A stretch of DNA of 64,000 nucleotides from Squalus acanthias (Eukaryota), in the NCBI GenBank assembly GCA_030390025.1, contig CM059430.1, positions 10,726,001-10,790,000 of the forward strand, read 5' to 3'. The notes beneath the pieces are model-generated. The model did not search any database. It was given only the letters and a program-made list of their open reading frames with translations, and was not told the DNA's origin. Shown in pieces: positions 11,865 through 24,919 of the stretch (position 1 is its first letter; every line of letters starts with the position of its first letter). A program made the translations under genes and the position numbers.

Positions 11865-12479
11865 TACTATCTCATTTTCACTCCACTTTCTCCCCTTCTC
11901 TCCTGAAGGCACTAACTCATGCTAGAGTTCGGTTCTATGACCACTGGGCACCCTGGCAAGTCAGGAAGTGGCCTTCTCAGGAGGGTAGGGATTTGGGCAC
12001 GGGTGCCCATGGAATCATGGCGAGCTGTGTTGCTCATGAAAAAGAGGTCATTTCATTCTGTGTCTATATCACCCAAAAGCATATTTGCATGGTCATTCAT
12101 ATGCAAACAAGTTGTATTTGAATGCTAAATTTAGGTTAGTTGTGGTTTACTGAGGTGTTTTAAAATCCAAAACAAGTTACGGCATGAAACGACCTTCATT
12201 GTAACAATGAAAGATTTTATAGAACGATTAAGAAACATGCCATTTTGGGGATTCTGAAATCAACGAACTTCAATAATAAGCAGGTTTGACTGTACAGTGC
12301 TGCATGAGACTTAGTCGGCGTCATATCATCATCTGATTTGGAATAATATATATGGACTTAAATAACACATAAAGCAATGAGATGCAGCACAACTTAATGA
12401 CAGCTTTGCATTTGTTGACTCATTTCCTTGGGTGTCAGCAGTAGAGTAAATACAGAAAGTATTGGCTAACACCTGCAGT

Positions 12480-13213
12480 TACCAGGCGAATAGCAGGCCA
12501 AAGAGGCTCACTGTTATTGATGTGCAAATCAGACAGCAACTTCCGGCGACCACACATGTGCAGTTAAATGAAGAAATCCGGACGTTGCTGTCCAACATGT
12601 GACGCTCCTCCATTAGTTTCCCAAAAATTGCATCTCGCCATCTGACTCACCATTCAAATACATTGAAGGGTGTGAAGTTCCTGTACTTACCTTATAGATG
12701 CAGACTAAATTCGCCATGAAAAGTTAGGGTTTGTCCATTCCAGTGTAAGTACCCTTTTAATGGCGTGGTATGTCTTAATTACTACCAAACATCCTCTCTG
12801 GCACTGAAAATTAACTTTGACATGTATGGAGTCTCATTCCTTCAGCTTTTAATTATTGTTGGAGAATTTAAAAAAATATATATTTTACTTTTTATTTCTC
12901 TTTGATCTCTCTCTCTCTTAATCCAATCTTTCTTTCCCTCTCTTTATTTCACTTTCTGTACCTGATTTGACATTGAATTCACTATTCCAACCGACACTTC
13001 CTGCTTCAGACTCTGCGCTGCTCATTAACGATTCTTCAATCTGATTGGTTAAGGAGATACGCAGCTGCTTGCCCTGGTCACACAGGTGCCGCATGCCCTG
13101 TTTGGCTGACAGGAACTTGCTGTGCAAAAGCCGACAGAAAGTCGATGGGCAAGTGCAAGTCTAACGAACGGCTGGCACCGTTTGTTCGCTGCTCAGAGCA
13201 CCAAGTCCGGCCC
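12480..13213. mobile_element. Probable older Harbinger-type MITE
   Basis: Ends AAGTCCGGCCC with an AT-rich core; left terminus not clear. Confidence 0.4.
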
Positions 13214-13250
13214 AATAAGTTACCATCTATTCAAATCACCTAATGCAGCA

Positions 13251-13355
13251 AAACAGAAAATGCTGGTAACACACAGCAGGACAGTCAGAATCTGTCGAGA
13301 GAACAGACAGGTTGACGTTTCAGGTTTCCACCATCTGCAATATTTTGCTTTTCAT
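13251..13355. mobile_element. Short Penelope-derived palindromic unit with TSD
   Basis: Decayed arm sequence; CTAATGCAGCA repeated at 13240-13250 and 13356-13366. Confidence 0.6.
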
Positions 13356-13507
13356 CTAATGCAGCACTATGTACATATGGGGATTCAAAGGAAACAGTCG
13401 GAGAGTTCAGTGCACATTGCTGTACTCGAACTTTCTGCAAGCTTCCCATCATTTATTGTTCCCTTTAATTGCATTGGGTTTTTAAATTAAACATATTGAA
13501 AGCCACT

Positions 13508-13664
13508 GGGGTAATCTGGCAGAGCCGATCGACACCCATTATAGCGCACACACAATTGTCATCCCATTGAAATCAATGTAATGAAAATCAGACGGGTTCT
13601 ATAACAGACAGGAGATCCACTCCGCCAGAATACCAGCCTGGTGGTGAAGACGAAAGTTTACCCC
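13508..13664. mobile_element. Small Harbinger-type MITE
   Basis: GGGGTAA...TTTACCCC termini with 3-bp TSD ACT/ACT. Confidence 0.6.
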
Positions 13665-13801
13665 ACTGTCCTTTTTGTACTGGGAAATTACTTTTAATAT
13701 CTGTGGGATTTAGATAAGACTTTCAAATAAAAAACATATAAAATAAAACAACTACAAATGCTGGAAAATCTATCCAAGCCATAACATCTAGTTTTCATGT
13801 T

Positions 13802-14719
13802 CCTTCTTCTTCTCTTCTTCTTAGGCAGTCCCTGGGAACCGAGGATGACTTGCTTCCACATTAAAAATGAGTTCTCAGGTGCCTGATGAGTCCAATGCGG
13901 GACCTACAGTCTCTGTCACAGGTGGGGCAGACGGTGGTTGAAGGGGCGGGTGGGTGGGGTGCTTGGGTTGACGTGCGCTCCTTCTGCTGTTTGTGCTTGG
14001 CTTCTGCTTGCTCCCGGCGAAGAGACTCGAGGTATTCGGCGCCTTCCCGGATGCTTCTCCTTCACTTTGTATGGTCTTGGGCCAGGGATTCCCAGGTGTC
14101 GGTGGGGATGTTGCACTTTTTCAAGGAGGCTTTGTGGGTGTCCTTGAAGCATTTCCTCTGCCCACCTGGGGCTCTCTTGCCGTGTCGGAGCTCCGAGTAG
14201 AGCACTTGTTTTGGGAGTCTCGTATCGGGCATGCGGACAATGTGACCCATCCATCGGAGCTGATCGAGCGTGGTCAAAGCTTCGATGCTGGGGATGTTGG
14301 CCTGAGCGAGAACACTGACGTTGGTGCGCCTATCCTGCCAATGGATTTGCAGGATCTTGCGGAGGCAGGGTTGGTGGTACCTCTCCAGTGCTTTGAGGTG
14401 CCTGCTGTACATGGTCCATGTCTCTGAGGCATACAAGAGGGCGGGTATTACTACTGCTCTGTAGACCATGAGCTTGGTGCCGGGTTTGAGATCCTGGTCT
14501 TCAAACACTCTCTTCCTCAGGCGACCGAAGGCTGCACTGGCACACTGAAGGCGGTGTTGGACTTCGTCATCGACGTCTGCCCTTGTTGACAGTAGGCTCC
14601 CGAGGTATGGAAAGTGGTCCACGTTGTCCAAGGCCTTGTCGTGGATTTTGATAATCGGGGGGCAGTACTGTGTGGCGGGGGCAGGTTGGTAGAGGACTTT
14701 TGTCTTACGGATGTTTAGT
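13802..14719 (-). mobile_element. RTE-clade LINE, 5'-truncated (post-RT region, C-terminal zinc knuckle, 3' UTR)
   Basis: VDHFPYLGSLLS...TKLMVYRAVVIPALLYASETW...QLRWMGHIVRM; (AAG)n tail. Confidence 0.9.
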
Positions 14720-15033
14720 CCTTATGGACAATCTTTACAGTGACCTTATACTAATGCACCTACCTTGGAAAAACACAATGATAAATCCAATAAATTGAAA
14801 GATAGGATACAATGTTAGTATTCAGTACTGAAATCAAGAAGTAGCTGATGATGGCACAGAGAAAAGTATTTTTTTTATTGCTGGATTTGCAATAGGTGTG
14901 AACAGAGCAATCGTAATCTTTGATGGACTGCGTTATTATTTGTTAACTTAGCTGGAAGGTCCATCACCCTTCCTGTCATTATGTAAATAATACAGTAAAT
15001 GTCAGTCAATGGGTACACTGATAGTGAGACAAT

Positions 15034-15777
15034 GGCCCAGAAATTGATCTCGCTCTGTTCCCGCGGGGGTAAGCCTTCCCCGCGATGTCTCACCTCGCTT
15101 ATGCTTTTTCTGATCCAGCTCGCACGAACTTGATGTTCCAGACATCAGCTGTGCTGGGCTTGCGTATCCCAGCGGCGTAGTGAATTCGTGCGAGCTGTGG
15201 GATCACGTGACTCAGTTAGAGCCAATGGCAGCACACCATCTTCCATTCATAAGTCTCACAGCATGGCTGTGAGACTTATGAATCTTACACCCCCCCAAAA
15301 TAACAGCTAAACCTCAATTAAATTAAAAAAAAAACCCATCACATTAATAAAATAAGTATAGTTAATTAAATTAACCATTTTAAATAAAAAATTAAATTTT
15401 TGAAAAAATTTTAAATCTTTTAAAAAGTTATAAAAATAAACTTACCTGTCTTTAAAGTCTATAAAAAAGATATACCTGTAAAAAAAAATTCAAAAAAATA
15501 CTTAATTCACTACTTACCTTCTTAAAAGCGGGTCTTACTCCTCCTTTTTACATTTCCAAAATCTTCCCTACTTACCTGCGCGTCCAAAGCATGAAGTGCA
15601 CAGCGTGCGCGCAGCCTGTAGCGCGCACGCGATGCACCCAGGCCCCGCCCCCTTTTCAGAAGAGCAATTGCCGGTTTTCAGCGCATGCGCAGGGCATGCA
15701 GAAAACCGGCAATTGGAGTGGGAATACGCGAGAGTACGCAGTGCGTACTCTCGCGTCCCGGGATCAATTTTCGGCCC
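15034..15777. mobile_element. Harbinger-type MITE
   Basis: TIRs GGCCCAGAAATTGATC / GATCAATTTTCGGCCC; TSD AAT/AAT; AT-rich core related in reverse to 1616-2524. Confidence 0.8.
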
Positions 15778-15799
15778 AATACTTCAAACTGAATAATTG

Positions 15800-15960
15800 C
15801 TACAAAAGTGGAAAACACTGAAAACACGCAGCAGGTCAGTCCGTACCCGTGTGGTAAACTTGACTGAATGCTCCACAGATGCTGACTTACCTGCTGGGTC
15901 TTTCCATTATTTTCTGCCCTTTTTTTCAGATTTCCAGTATCTGCAATGTATTGCTTTTTA
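15800..15960. mobile_element. Decayed Penelope-derived palindromic unit
   Basis: CAGCAGGTCAG...CACAGATGCTGACTTACCTGCTG...TTCAGATTTCCAG. Confidence 0.55.
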
Positions 15961-16653
15961 CTTGAGTACTTGTTAAACGACACCACAGATTAACTGGTTA
16001 AAGTGCTAACTACTACAAGCATTGTGTCAGTTACGTGAAATTGTTTTTCAATGCAATGGGGTAAGAATCAATTCTTTTTACACTCTGAGACTGGGACTAT
16101 AATAGGATTTTCGACTATAGCCAAGTGGTCCTGGCGGAACCCAAACTTAAGCATCTGTGAGCAGCTTATTGGTGAGTAAGTGCCACCTGATAGCACTGTT
16201 GATGACTCCTTCCATCAGTTTGCTGATGATTTAGAGTAGGCTGATGGGGCAGTAATTGATAAAGTTGAATTTGTCCAGCTTTTTGTGGACAGGGAATACC
16301 TGAGCAACATTCCACACTGTCAGGGAATACTGACATGAATATTTTAACATCCACCTAAACAGGCAGACAAACCCTCAGTTGAATATCTCATCTGAAGAAT
16401 ATCACCTCTGAAAATGCAACACTTCTTTAATACAAGTGTCAGCTTGACTCAGTTGGCAGTATTCTTGCCTCTGAATAAGAAAGTTGTAGACTCCATTATG
16501 AATTTGAGCACAACATCACATCATTATGACCTTGATTGCATAATCTAGGCTAATGCTTCAGTGCAGTATGGAGGGAGTTTTGGATTATTGGAGATGTCCT
16601 AGCCAACATTTTCCCCTGAATGCACACCACCAAAACATGTTACCTGGTGTTAC

Positions 16654-17336
16654 GAATCACAGGAAGTTAATATGCAGGTACAGCAAGCAATTAGGAAGGC
16701 GAATGGTATGTTATCCTTTATTGCAAGAGGGTTACCCTATAAGAGTAAGGACATTTTGCTGCAATTATATAGGGCTTTGGTGAGACCATACCTGGAGTAC
16801 TGTGTACAGTTTTGGTCTCCTTACCTAAGGAAGGATATACTTGCCTTAGAGGGGGGGCAACGAAGGTTCACTCGATTGATTCCTGGGATGAGAGGGTTGT
16901 CCGATGAGGAGAGATTGAGTAGAATGGGCCTATGTTCTCTAGAGTTTAGGAGAATGAGAGGTGATCTCATTGAAACATACAAGATTCTTTGAGGGCTCGT
17001 CAGGGTAGATGCTGAGAGGCTATTTCCCCTGGCTGGAGAGTCTAGAACCAGGGGTCACAGTCTCAGGATAAGGGGTCGGCCATTTAGGACTGAGATGAGG
17101 AGAAATTTCTTCACTCAGAGGGTGGTGAATCTTTGGAATTCTCTACCCCAGAGGGTTGTGGAGGCTCAGCCATTGAGTATATTCAAGACAGAGATCGATA
17201 GATTTTTGGACATTAAGGGAATCAAGGGATATGGGGATAGGGCTGGAATGTGATCAGCCATGATCCTACTGAATGACAGAGCAGGATCGAGGGGCCGTAT
17301 GGCCGACTCCTGCTCCTAATTCTTATGTTCTTATGT
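16654..17336 (+). mobile_element. CR1 LINE 3' fragment
   Basis: ORF 16672-16992 MQVQQAIRKANGML...RRMRGDLIETYKIL; CR1 tail. Confidence 0.9.
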
Positions 17337-19268
17337 TCAGCTGTTTGTGGGATCTTGCTATGAGAAAATTGGCTGCCTGCAGAACAACACTGACTGCACT
17401 TCAAAAGTAATCTATTGGTGGTAAATCATTTTGTAGCATCCAGCGGATGTGATGGGGCATTTCTTCACTGGAGTATCAGCCTAGATTTCCCTAGATTTTG
17501 TGATCAAGTCCTGGAGTGAGGCTTAAGTTTACAAATCTTCTGACTCAGAGTCGAGAGTGTTACCAGACTGAGCCAAGGAGGATTTTGAAATCAGAGAGGG
17601 AGATGACAAGGCTGGAGATGTTGCGAGAGGAAGTTCCAAAGGGCAGGGACCTAATGGTTAAAGGAGTGGCCAATGATAGTGTAGCGCAGGAAGTAGGGAG
17701 CAAAATGTCAGTCAGTGTCAGGGAAGCTGACAGTTTACAGGGAGCTTACAGCTGGAAGAGATCACTGAGGTCCACAGGGGAAAGGCTGAGGAAAGAAGGA
17801 ACTTGCATTTATATACGCCTTGTCCTCAGTACTTATGGCATCCCAAAGCACACACAGCCAATGAGGCACTTGTGAAGTGTAGTCACTATTGTTATGTAAG
17901 CAAATGCAGCAGCCAATCTGCACACAGCACGGCCGCACCTTGAGATGAGATGAATGACCAGTTAATCCGTTTTTGGTGTTTTGAACTGAGGCAAGGCTGT
18001 TGGCGAGAATAGCAGGAGAACTCCTTACTCTTCGATCTTTTTACGTACAGCTAAACATGCTTCAGTTCAACGTCTCATTCGAAGGATGGCACTTTCGATA
18101 TTGCAGCAATACCGTAGTAATGCACTGATGTGTCAGTCTAGATGATGTGCTTAAATCCTGGTGTAAGGCTTGAACCCACAACCATTGGACTTTCAGGCAA
18201 GAGTTCTTCCAACCGACCCAAGTTGATACTGATATGGAAGAATTTAAAGGCAAGAATGAGGATTTTAAAAATCAATTTGCTGAGGTACTTGAAGCCAGTG
18301 GAGCTTGGTGTGATGGGGGTGCTGGACTTTGTGCAGCTGATGGTGTAGGCCATGGCAATCTGGCCCTGAAATTACACCTTGGGCTACTAACAAATGATCA
18401 CTTAGCAGGAACGATTTTCGTCTTCAGGTGGAAAAGAGTTCCACCTTTAGTTAGCCCTGCTTTAAGTCCCGCCTGAATCCCAAGTGCTAATAGCGCTCGA
18501 TTCTCCAGTCTAACTTTATTTGCATAACTATTTGCGACTCCAGGCGACAACTCAGGTGGGTCGAGGGATGAGCACCACTGGTATGAAAGGGAAATGGAGT
18601 GTAAGTTAAATATTAAAGGGATGGGGACAATCAAAAGGGAGTGTCCAAAGGAAGGAGACAACAATTTGGAGCATTAAAAGGCATCTCATTCCATCAGCAA
18701 CCTTTGCCAAGACTAAAGAGCAAGGGGTTGAAAAGTGCCAAGATGAAGGGAAAGGCTCCTGTACACGGAGGCATGTGTCTGCAGATAATTAATGCTGCAG
18801 CCTCCTCTTTGATGACTACTGATGTTGAAGTGGTGCTGCATCAGATGCTTGTGAAGAGAGCATCATTTCAGCTCCCCACTCTGGAGCAGCTCCTCTAACT
18901 TTTAATGAATACTTGCTATTAGAGATGGAATAGGAACCTTAGATCTTGGGTGCTTATTGGACAGATTACTGTTAATTGGAATCAATGTGCATTTAATCAT
19001 TTCATTGCCTTTGATTTCATGGGTATCTAAAGTCTGTGTTTGTTCACCAGAACAGTATGCTCATTTTTCCAGAAGTTGCTGCATAATTGTTTGTGCATGT
19101 ATCCGCTCTTTTAAGCTTCCACTGTAAAATTAGTCAATTGCATCAGGCTTACTTGTCTGGAGAGCTAGTGGACAACACACACTGATCCTCGATCAACTGG
19201 CAAATAGGCATGATATGAGAAGGAATCTTTCCCAGATCAGTGTTGCCTACCTCCGCCACGTGACCCAA

Positions 19269-19556
19269 GTTGTTGTTTGTTTTCGTATCTTCACACTCTT
19301 CCCTTGGAGAAGGATTCGCAGGCTGATTAACAGTCTGATGGGCCGCGACGTAAACGCTCTTTCCTTTGCCATAACCAGCTTCCTACCAGCCGATAGGGTG
19401 GTCGGCCCTACCTGGCCGAAGGGTTTTACGGGCTCCCACAACCCACGCGATGAGGGAGGGGGACACCCACGTTCACCGGACTCAAGTATCCCTGCTGGTG
19501 GTCAACTCAGAGCTGGAGCTCCGGTCTCCACTGGCCGGGACTGTCGGGAAACTGTC
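19269..19556 (-). mobile_element. Unclassified CpG-rich short retroposon-like insert
   Basis: The minus strand ends GATACGAAAACAAACAACAAC (simple-repeat tail); abrupt GC/CpG shift; abuts a SINE head. Confidence 0.4.
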
Positions 19557-21988
19557 AGTTTGAACCCTGCACCTTCTGACTCAGAAGCGGCAATGCTACC
19601 AATAAACCAAAGGCTTTCTGCATGACCCAGGTGAGACTGCCCAACTCATTACTTATGGGACGCCTAAGTGTAAATATAAATCAAGACCAGGATTCAACAT
19701 TGGGTCTTCTAGCTGAGCGTCCAGTGCTCAAATATTGTAGCTGCTGAGCCTTTTAGTTGTACCATACTTAAAACATTAAAAGAGCCTCTCTTCTCTGAGT
19801 TCCTCAAAATCTGTCACAAAATTAGTAAAGAGTTCCATAGCCATGTTCATTCATTCCATTTTTTTGTAATTGAAATTGCATGTATTTAGCACAGCCCATC
19901 TTGGCATGTTACAAGGATGTTTCTGTAAGCTGATCATGGAATGGCACAAGCAGGGGTTGCGGAGCTGCTCCTGGCCTGAACCAGCCCACCCTAAAGCTGA
20001 ACTTTAACCTTTGGGAGGTCATGAGGAGTCAAGAGGCCTTGTGGGAGACAACAAAATTGGAAACACGAGGAGGAGGAATTTCTAAAAATCCATAAAAGTA
20101 TTCTTCATAACCTTTTGGAATTGACATCCTGATCTTCTTAACAATTTGTGTACAAAGAATTAGGCAAAACTGATTTTACAGGGATGTCGTGTGTCAATTT
20201 ACTATTTCTTTCTCTCTTGGGCTCATTTGTAAGGAATATTTTAACTGTCTTGTTACCAGCTGTACCTTTTCATACCAGTATTAGTAAAAATGACAGAATG
20301 ATGTGACAGACTTTTTAAAACACACAATTAATTAAGTAGCGTGTCACTTAGGTATTATTTACAACGCAATTGTAAGCCAGTACACTAACCTCCTTGTTTT
20401 AATCACTTGCCATAAATTATTTTGACAGCATCACTTAACTGTGTCACAGCATTTTTCTTTCACCTTCTCACTCAATCTTTTCTGCGGACTCCATTTTATT
20501 CCCACATTTTATCGACCGTCTCCTGTCCTGAGTATTTAGCATCAGGTATTCTCATCAATCAGGAATTCCAATAGCAAAAGAGGGACCGAAATGTACAGTT
20601 TAATCTGATCTTTCCCTTCACCAGCTCATAAATACAGACATGTTTTAACTCTGCAAAACTGCACAGTGAATATGAAGCAACTACCATTTGGTAGGTCGAT
20701 CACCTCTTTATTTCCCGTTACCAGCAGAGTTTTGATTGAGAACATACATATATACATTTGCTATCAGGACGCTGAGCTCATTTTAGCCTTAAGGGAAGCA
20801 CGGTTTTACTCACTCTTGCTTGTCTTAATCTTACTTCATTTATCTGCCTAGTTCACCACTTAGAATGCTAATACATTTACCACTAATAATTCAAACTGTG
20901 ACAAGGTAATCAAGAATAATCTGTGGGCAGGGGAAATATACACAAAGCAGCAAATTAGGAGAGCTCTTGATCTAATAAAGTAATAAATAACGCTTAGGCC
21001 TTTGGCTACATGGTATCTGCTCATTTAATAGCGAAAGGGGAAAGAAAGGCTTGACAGTATAGTGCTCATTGTCCCGTAATAGCTTGATTACCTCAGGAAA
21101 AAATGCAGTCAGTGGTTGCTGCTGGTGAACCGTGAAATTGCCACTGCTCAGAGAGGCAATTTATCATTAGCATTTGGGGAGAGGGGGTTGACCCGGTGGG
21201 GATAGGACTTCAGGTACTCATCCGTAGCTTCAGCCATTGGAATGCGCACTGGAAGGTCTCCTGGCCGGGCAGCTGGCGAAGTAACTGAACCCTATTAGAA
21301 ATGCATGTTTTTAAAAATAAGGGAAGTTTAATGCACAGCCATATTGTGAGATGAATGTCTAATCGAGGAAGGCACATACTGGGAGCATTGTCTTCTGAGC
21401 TTTCGAGTGAGGTCTTTAGCTTCCCACCACAGCCAGCAAGAGTTAATTTAAACAAAAAAGCTGGTGGCTGTGCCCAAGCTGTTTCGGCTGATGGGACAGT
21501 TACACATACCCACTGAACAGGCCCGGAAGAAAAAGGCCCACCTATTGTTTGAGGACTGTGGGAGCCGATTGAAAACCAACATGTTACAAATGCTACTCCG
21601 TGAAGCTGAAATGCGTGCAGAAACCCACAGGGGGAGAAATTCGGTATCGCCCATTTTGGGGCACTAATCTCGGCCGGGCGCAAAGTTTAGCGTCCGGCGC
21701 TAATTATCGCCTCCGACTGCAAAATTCGCCTCTATCGCCCCTGGATGTGATTTGAGCATTAAATCAGGCGCTACACACCTCTCTTAAGGCGCCAACATCG
21801 GGGAGTGAATCGCTACCTCAGAACGCTACCTGGACCTCAGGCGATGTCAGTTACCATGGAACCCAGGCAGACTGGCGCCGGCCAGTTCTTAAAGGGGAGG
21901 GTCCATCTTGCTAGCCAGTCACACCCTTCTCATTGCAGCTCTGACTCTGGTGCTGGTAAGACCTACCACCATTGTGCTGAGAGGAGTG

Positions 21989-22224
21989 ATGGATAGGCCA
22001 TGGGAGAGAGCTCAGCGCTTTAGCGACCAGGCCTTGGTGGCTCTGGTTGGCGCTGTCGAGCGGCGACGGGCAGTGCTGTACCCAGAGAGTGGCAGGAGGC
22101 CATTGCCCCGGGAGTACTGAAGAGTGTGGAGGGAAGTGGCTCAGCACGTCTCCTCAAGGAGCCTGGTGCCGAGGATTCACACTCAGTGTAGGAGAAGTTC
22201 AACGACCTCACTCAGGTGGTCAGG
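21989..22224 (+). pseudogene. Harbinger Myb/SANT-like DNA-binding protein, exon 1 (premature stop and frameshift)
   Basis: MDRPWERAQRFSDQALVALVGAVERRRAVLY...REY*RVWREVA...QCR/KFNDLTQVVR followed by a GTGAG donor; TGA at 22118-22120; 1-nt loss near 22192. Confidence 0.8.
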
Positions 22225-22276
22225 GTGAGGGGCTGCTTTTCAATACCTCTACATCCCTCCATCTCAACTTCACTCT

Positions 22277-23413
22277 GTGCCCAGAGGGTTTAAAAACCCA
22301 AATGTCCAGCACTCATCCAAGACCTATGGCCATCTCATAAAAGACACATGCACACTCCACACCTTGCACACATTAAGGGCTTTTCAACTATGGGAGGCAC
22401 ATCAGACAAACACAAGGCTGCATATATTAAAGGCTATTCAACTATGGGAGGGGAGCAGGGGGGTAGGGTCTGATGACGGCGAAGCTCTTGGACCCAGCGG
22501 ACTGCAGCAATGCCATGGGGCTAGGGAAGCTTGGGGGCCATCTCCCCAGAGGGTGAGTAGGCAAGCGAGTTCTGCTGCACAGGACTCGGATGAGGACCTC
22601 GACATCGCAGCCATGAATAGCCAGGCCTTGAGCATGCACACTGAGCTCATGGGTGCAGTGGCAAGGGTGCCCAAGAGCATGAGTGGACTGGCTAGGAGTG
22701 TGGAGGAATCCGCCACTAACACAGCTGCCTTCTGTGTGCAAACCCTTGAACCCATCCTTGCCTCGTTGCAGAGGATGGTGGAATTGCAGGGAGAACCGTG
22801 GGGAACCAGAGCCCATGCGCGTGTAATGGGTGAGGTGGCAGGATCCATTGCAGCACAGGCCGAGGCAACGCAACGGCTTAGTGCTGCAATTGAGTCATTG
22901 GCTGGTGCCATTCAATCTCAGACTGCTCTCATGCAGTCTCAGATTGATGTCACGCAAGCGCTGACTGCTGCCATCATTGCTGGGTCACCCACAGTCCCTC
23001 GGGGATCTGACAGTACCGCAGCAGGCCAGCAATCTGTGCTCGAGCAGATTGCTCCGGATGCTGAGGTTCTGCCCCGGGGGAGTGGCAGTGTGTCGGTCGA
23101 GCAGGAAGGTGCTGCCCTCTCTCAGGATGACAGCATTCCTGCTCCCACCACTGCCACTCCGCCATTGCACTTGGCACGGCCTGTAAATCCAGCCAGCCCA
23201 GACTGCTGCCGCCCTATGCAGAGTTGGTGCAGTCTGCAGCCAGGCCCTCCATGCCCAGAGCTGGTCGAGGACGTCCTTCAAGGCCATCTGCAGTCTCTGG
23301 ATCCAACATTCAGCAGCCTTCCGCCAGCCTTGCTGCAGCCACTGGGGCCACATTACGGAGGAGCAGTAGGGTGGGAAGGGGGGAAGTGCACAGGGGTTGG
23401 AAGTTACCCTTGA
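22277..23413 (+). pseudogene. C-terminal (helical, low-complexity) part of the Harbinger Myb partner gene
   Basis: 378-codon open frame inside the TIRs, downstream of the Myb exon; Ala/Gln-rich helical segment; exon boundaries unresolved. Confidence 0.6.
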
Positions 23414-23734
23414 AGGGCCACCAGTAGAATGTGTAAATAAATGGGGGGAATATTTGTGGGAAAGTTCGAGGTTCTTGTTATTATATTTGTTTTGTGTTTT
23501 GCCGTTTATCTCCATGTTGTGAGAACGAGTTTTGTTATTCATGATTTGTTGTGTTGGTTTCTAATTGTTTGTCCTGAATAAATGACACAGAATTTGTAAT
23601 ATAAATACATTTTTTAATTCTAACTTTACATATTTGGTCCTTTGACTCATTGCAGCTTTGCCCAGCAATGTGGGGTGCGGGATGCTTTCCGTGATGTGCT
23701 TCTTCATCCCAGAAGTCATCTTCTCAGTAAGGGC

Positions 23735-24919
23735 TTAGAAGCAGTGTCTTATGAGCCGTTCACGGACGGCCCTTGCAGTGACAATATTGTGCGCCTCCCT
23801 CCCACGTTGCTGCTGCTGATACTCCTCTTCATCCTCCTCCTCCTCTCCCTCTTCCTCCTCCTCCTCAGGTGGTGCACCAATCCCTGGTGGCAATGGCTGG
23901 GTCCTCATAATCGCAATGTTATGCAGCATGCAGCACACAACAATGAAAAGGCAGACTCGCTCAGGTGAGTACTGCAGGGCTCCTCCTGAGTGGTCCAGAC
24001 ACCGGAACCGTTGTTTCAGCACGCCGATCGTCTGCTCTATGAGGTTCCTGGTGGCGCTATGGCTCTCATTATATTGCAGCTCAGCAGGGGTATTGGGGTT
24101 ACGGAGCGGTGTCATCAGCCAGGTGCAGAGTGGATAACCTTTGTCCCCGAGGAGCCATCCACTTGGGTGATGCGGTGCTTGGAAAAGGTCTGGCACACCA
24201 GTCTGGCGCAGGATGCAAGCATCGTGGCTGGTGCCAGGATAGCGGGCATTGATGGCGAGGATGAGCTGTCTGTGGTCGCAAACCAACTGGACATTTAAAG
24301 AGTGGAAGCCCTTGCGGTTTCGGAAGACATCTGCATTTTCATGCGGTGCCCGCAATGCCACTTGCGTGCAGTCAATGGCGCCCTGAACCATGGGGAAGCC
24401 GGCTATCCTCGCAAATCCATAGGCGCATTTGCGCTGTTTGTCCTGGGTCATGGGGAAAGAGATGTACTGGCGTCTCCTCTTATACAGAGCATTTGTCACC
24501 TCCCGGATGCAACAATGCACAGCGAACTGGGAGATATTCACTATGTCCCCAGTAGAAGCCTGAAAGGAACCGCTGGCATAAAAATTCAGAGCCACTCTCA
24601 CCTTCACTGCCACCGACAGAGATGTCCTGGTCCTGAGTTGAGGCTGCAGATCTGGCTGCAGGAGGTGGCAGAGCTCAGAGACCACCTCCTTGCTGAAGCG
24701 CAGCCTGCGCAAACACTGCTCCTCAGACAAATGAATGTAGGAGAATTGCTCCCGGAATACCCTGGGAGGGTAAGGTCTCCTGTGCAGAGGCCTGATGGCC
24801 CTCCTCCTTCTGGCCATGTTTGCCACTTTCTCTCTGCGCCTCTGAGGCCTCCGATTGTGCAGCTGGACGACGACACCCTGAGTTAGTGCAGCCCCCATAG
24901 AAGCTTCTAAATATGGCAA
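23735..24919 (-). CDS. Harbinger DDE transposase (HARBI1-like), 394 aa, apparently intact
   Basis: GAIDCTQV, NRKGFHSLNVQ, WLLGDKGY, RNLIEQTIGVLKQRF, CCMLHN motifs; acidic tail; no stops. Confidence 0.93.
   Translation of the reverse strand: MPYLEASMGAALTQGVVVQLHNRRPQRRREKVANMARRRRAIRPLHRRPYPPRVFREQFSYIHLSEEQCLRRLRFSKEVVSELCHLLQPDLQPQLRTRTSLSVAVKVRVALNFYASGSFQASTGDIVNISQFAVHCCIREVTNALYKRRRQYISFPMTQDKQRKCAYGFARIAGFPMVQGAIDCTQVALRAPHENADVFRNRKGFHSLNVQLVCDHRQLILAINARYPGTSHDACILRQTGVPDLFQAPHHPSGWLLGDKGYPLCTWLMTPLRNPNTPAELQYNESHSATRNLIEQTIGVLKQRFRCLDHSGGALQYSPERVCLFIVVCCMLHNIAIMRTQPLPPGIGAPPEEEEEEGEEEEDEEEYQQQQRGREAHNIVTARAVRERLIRHCF

Noticed and set aside
18400-18900. Possible very old Harbinger/Myb remnant (also 48780-49100)
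   Set aside because: Similarity is too weak to support by eye, and there are no clear termini.
24302-24886. 194-aa plus-strand ORF
   Set aside because: Antisense shadow of the GC-rich transposase ORF.
23735-24919. Calling this the host gene HARBI1
   Set aside because: It lies between TIRs with a TSD and a convergent Myb gene, so it is a transposon copy; no symbol assigned.
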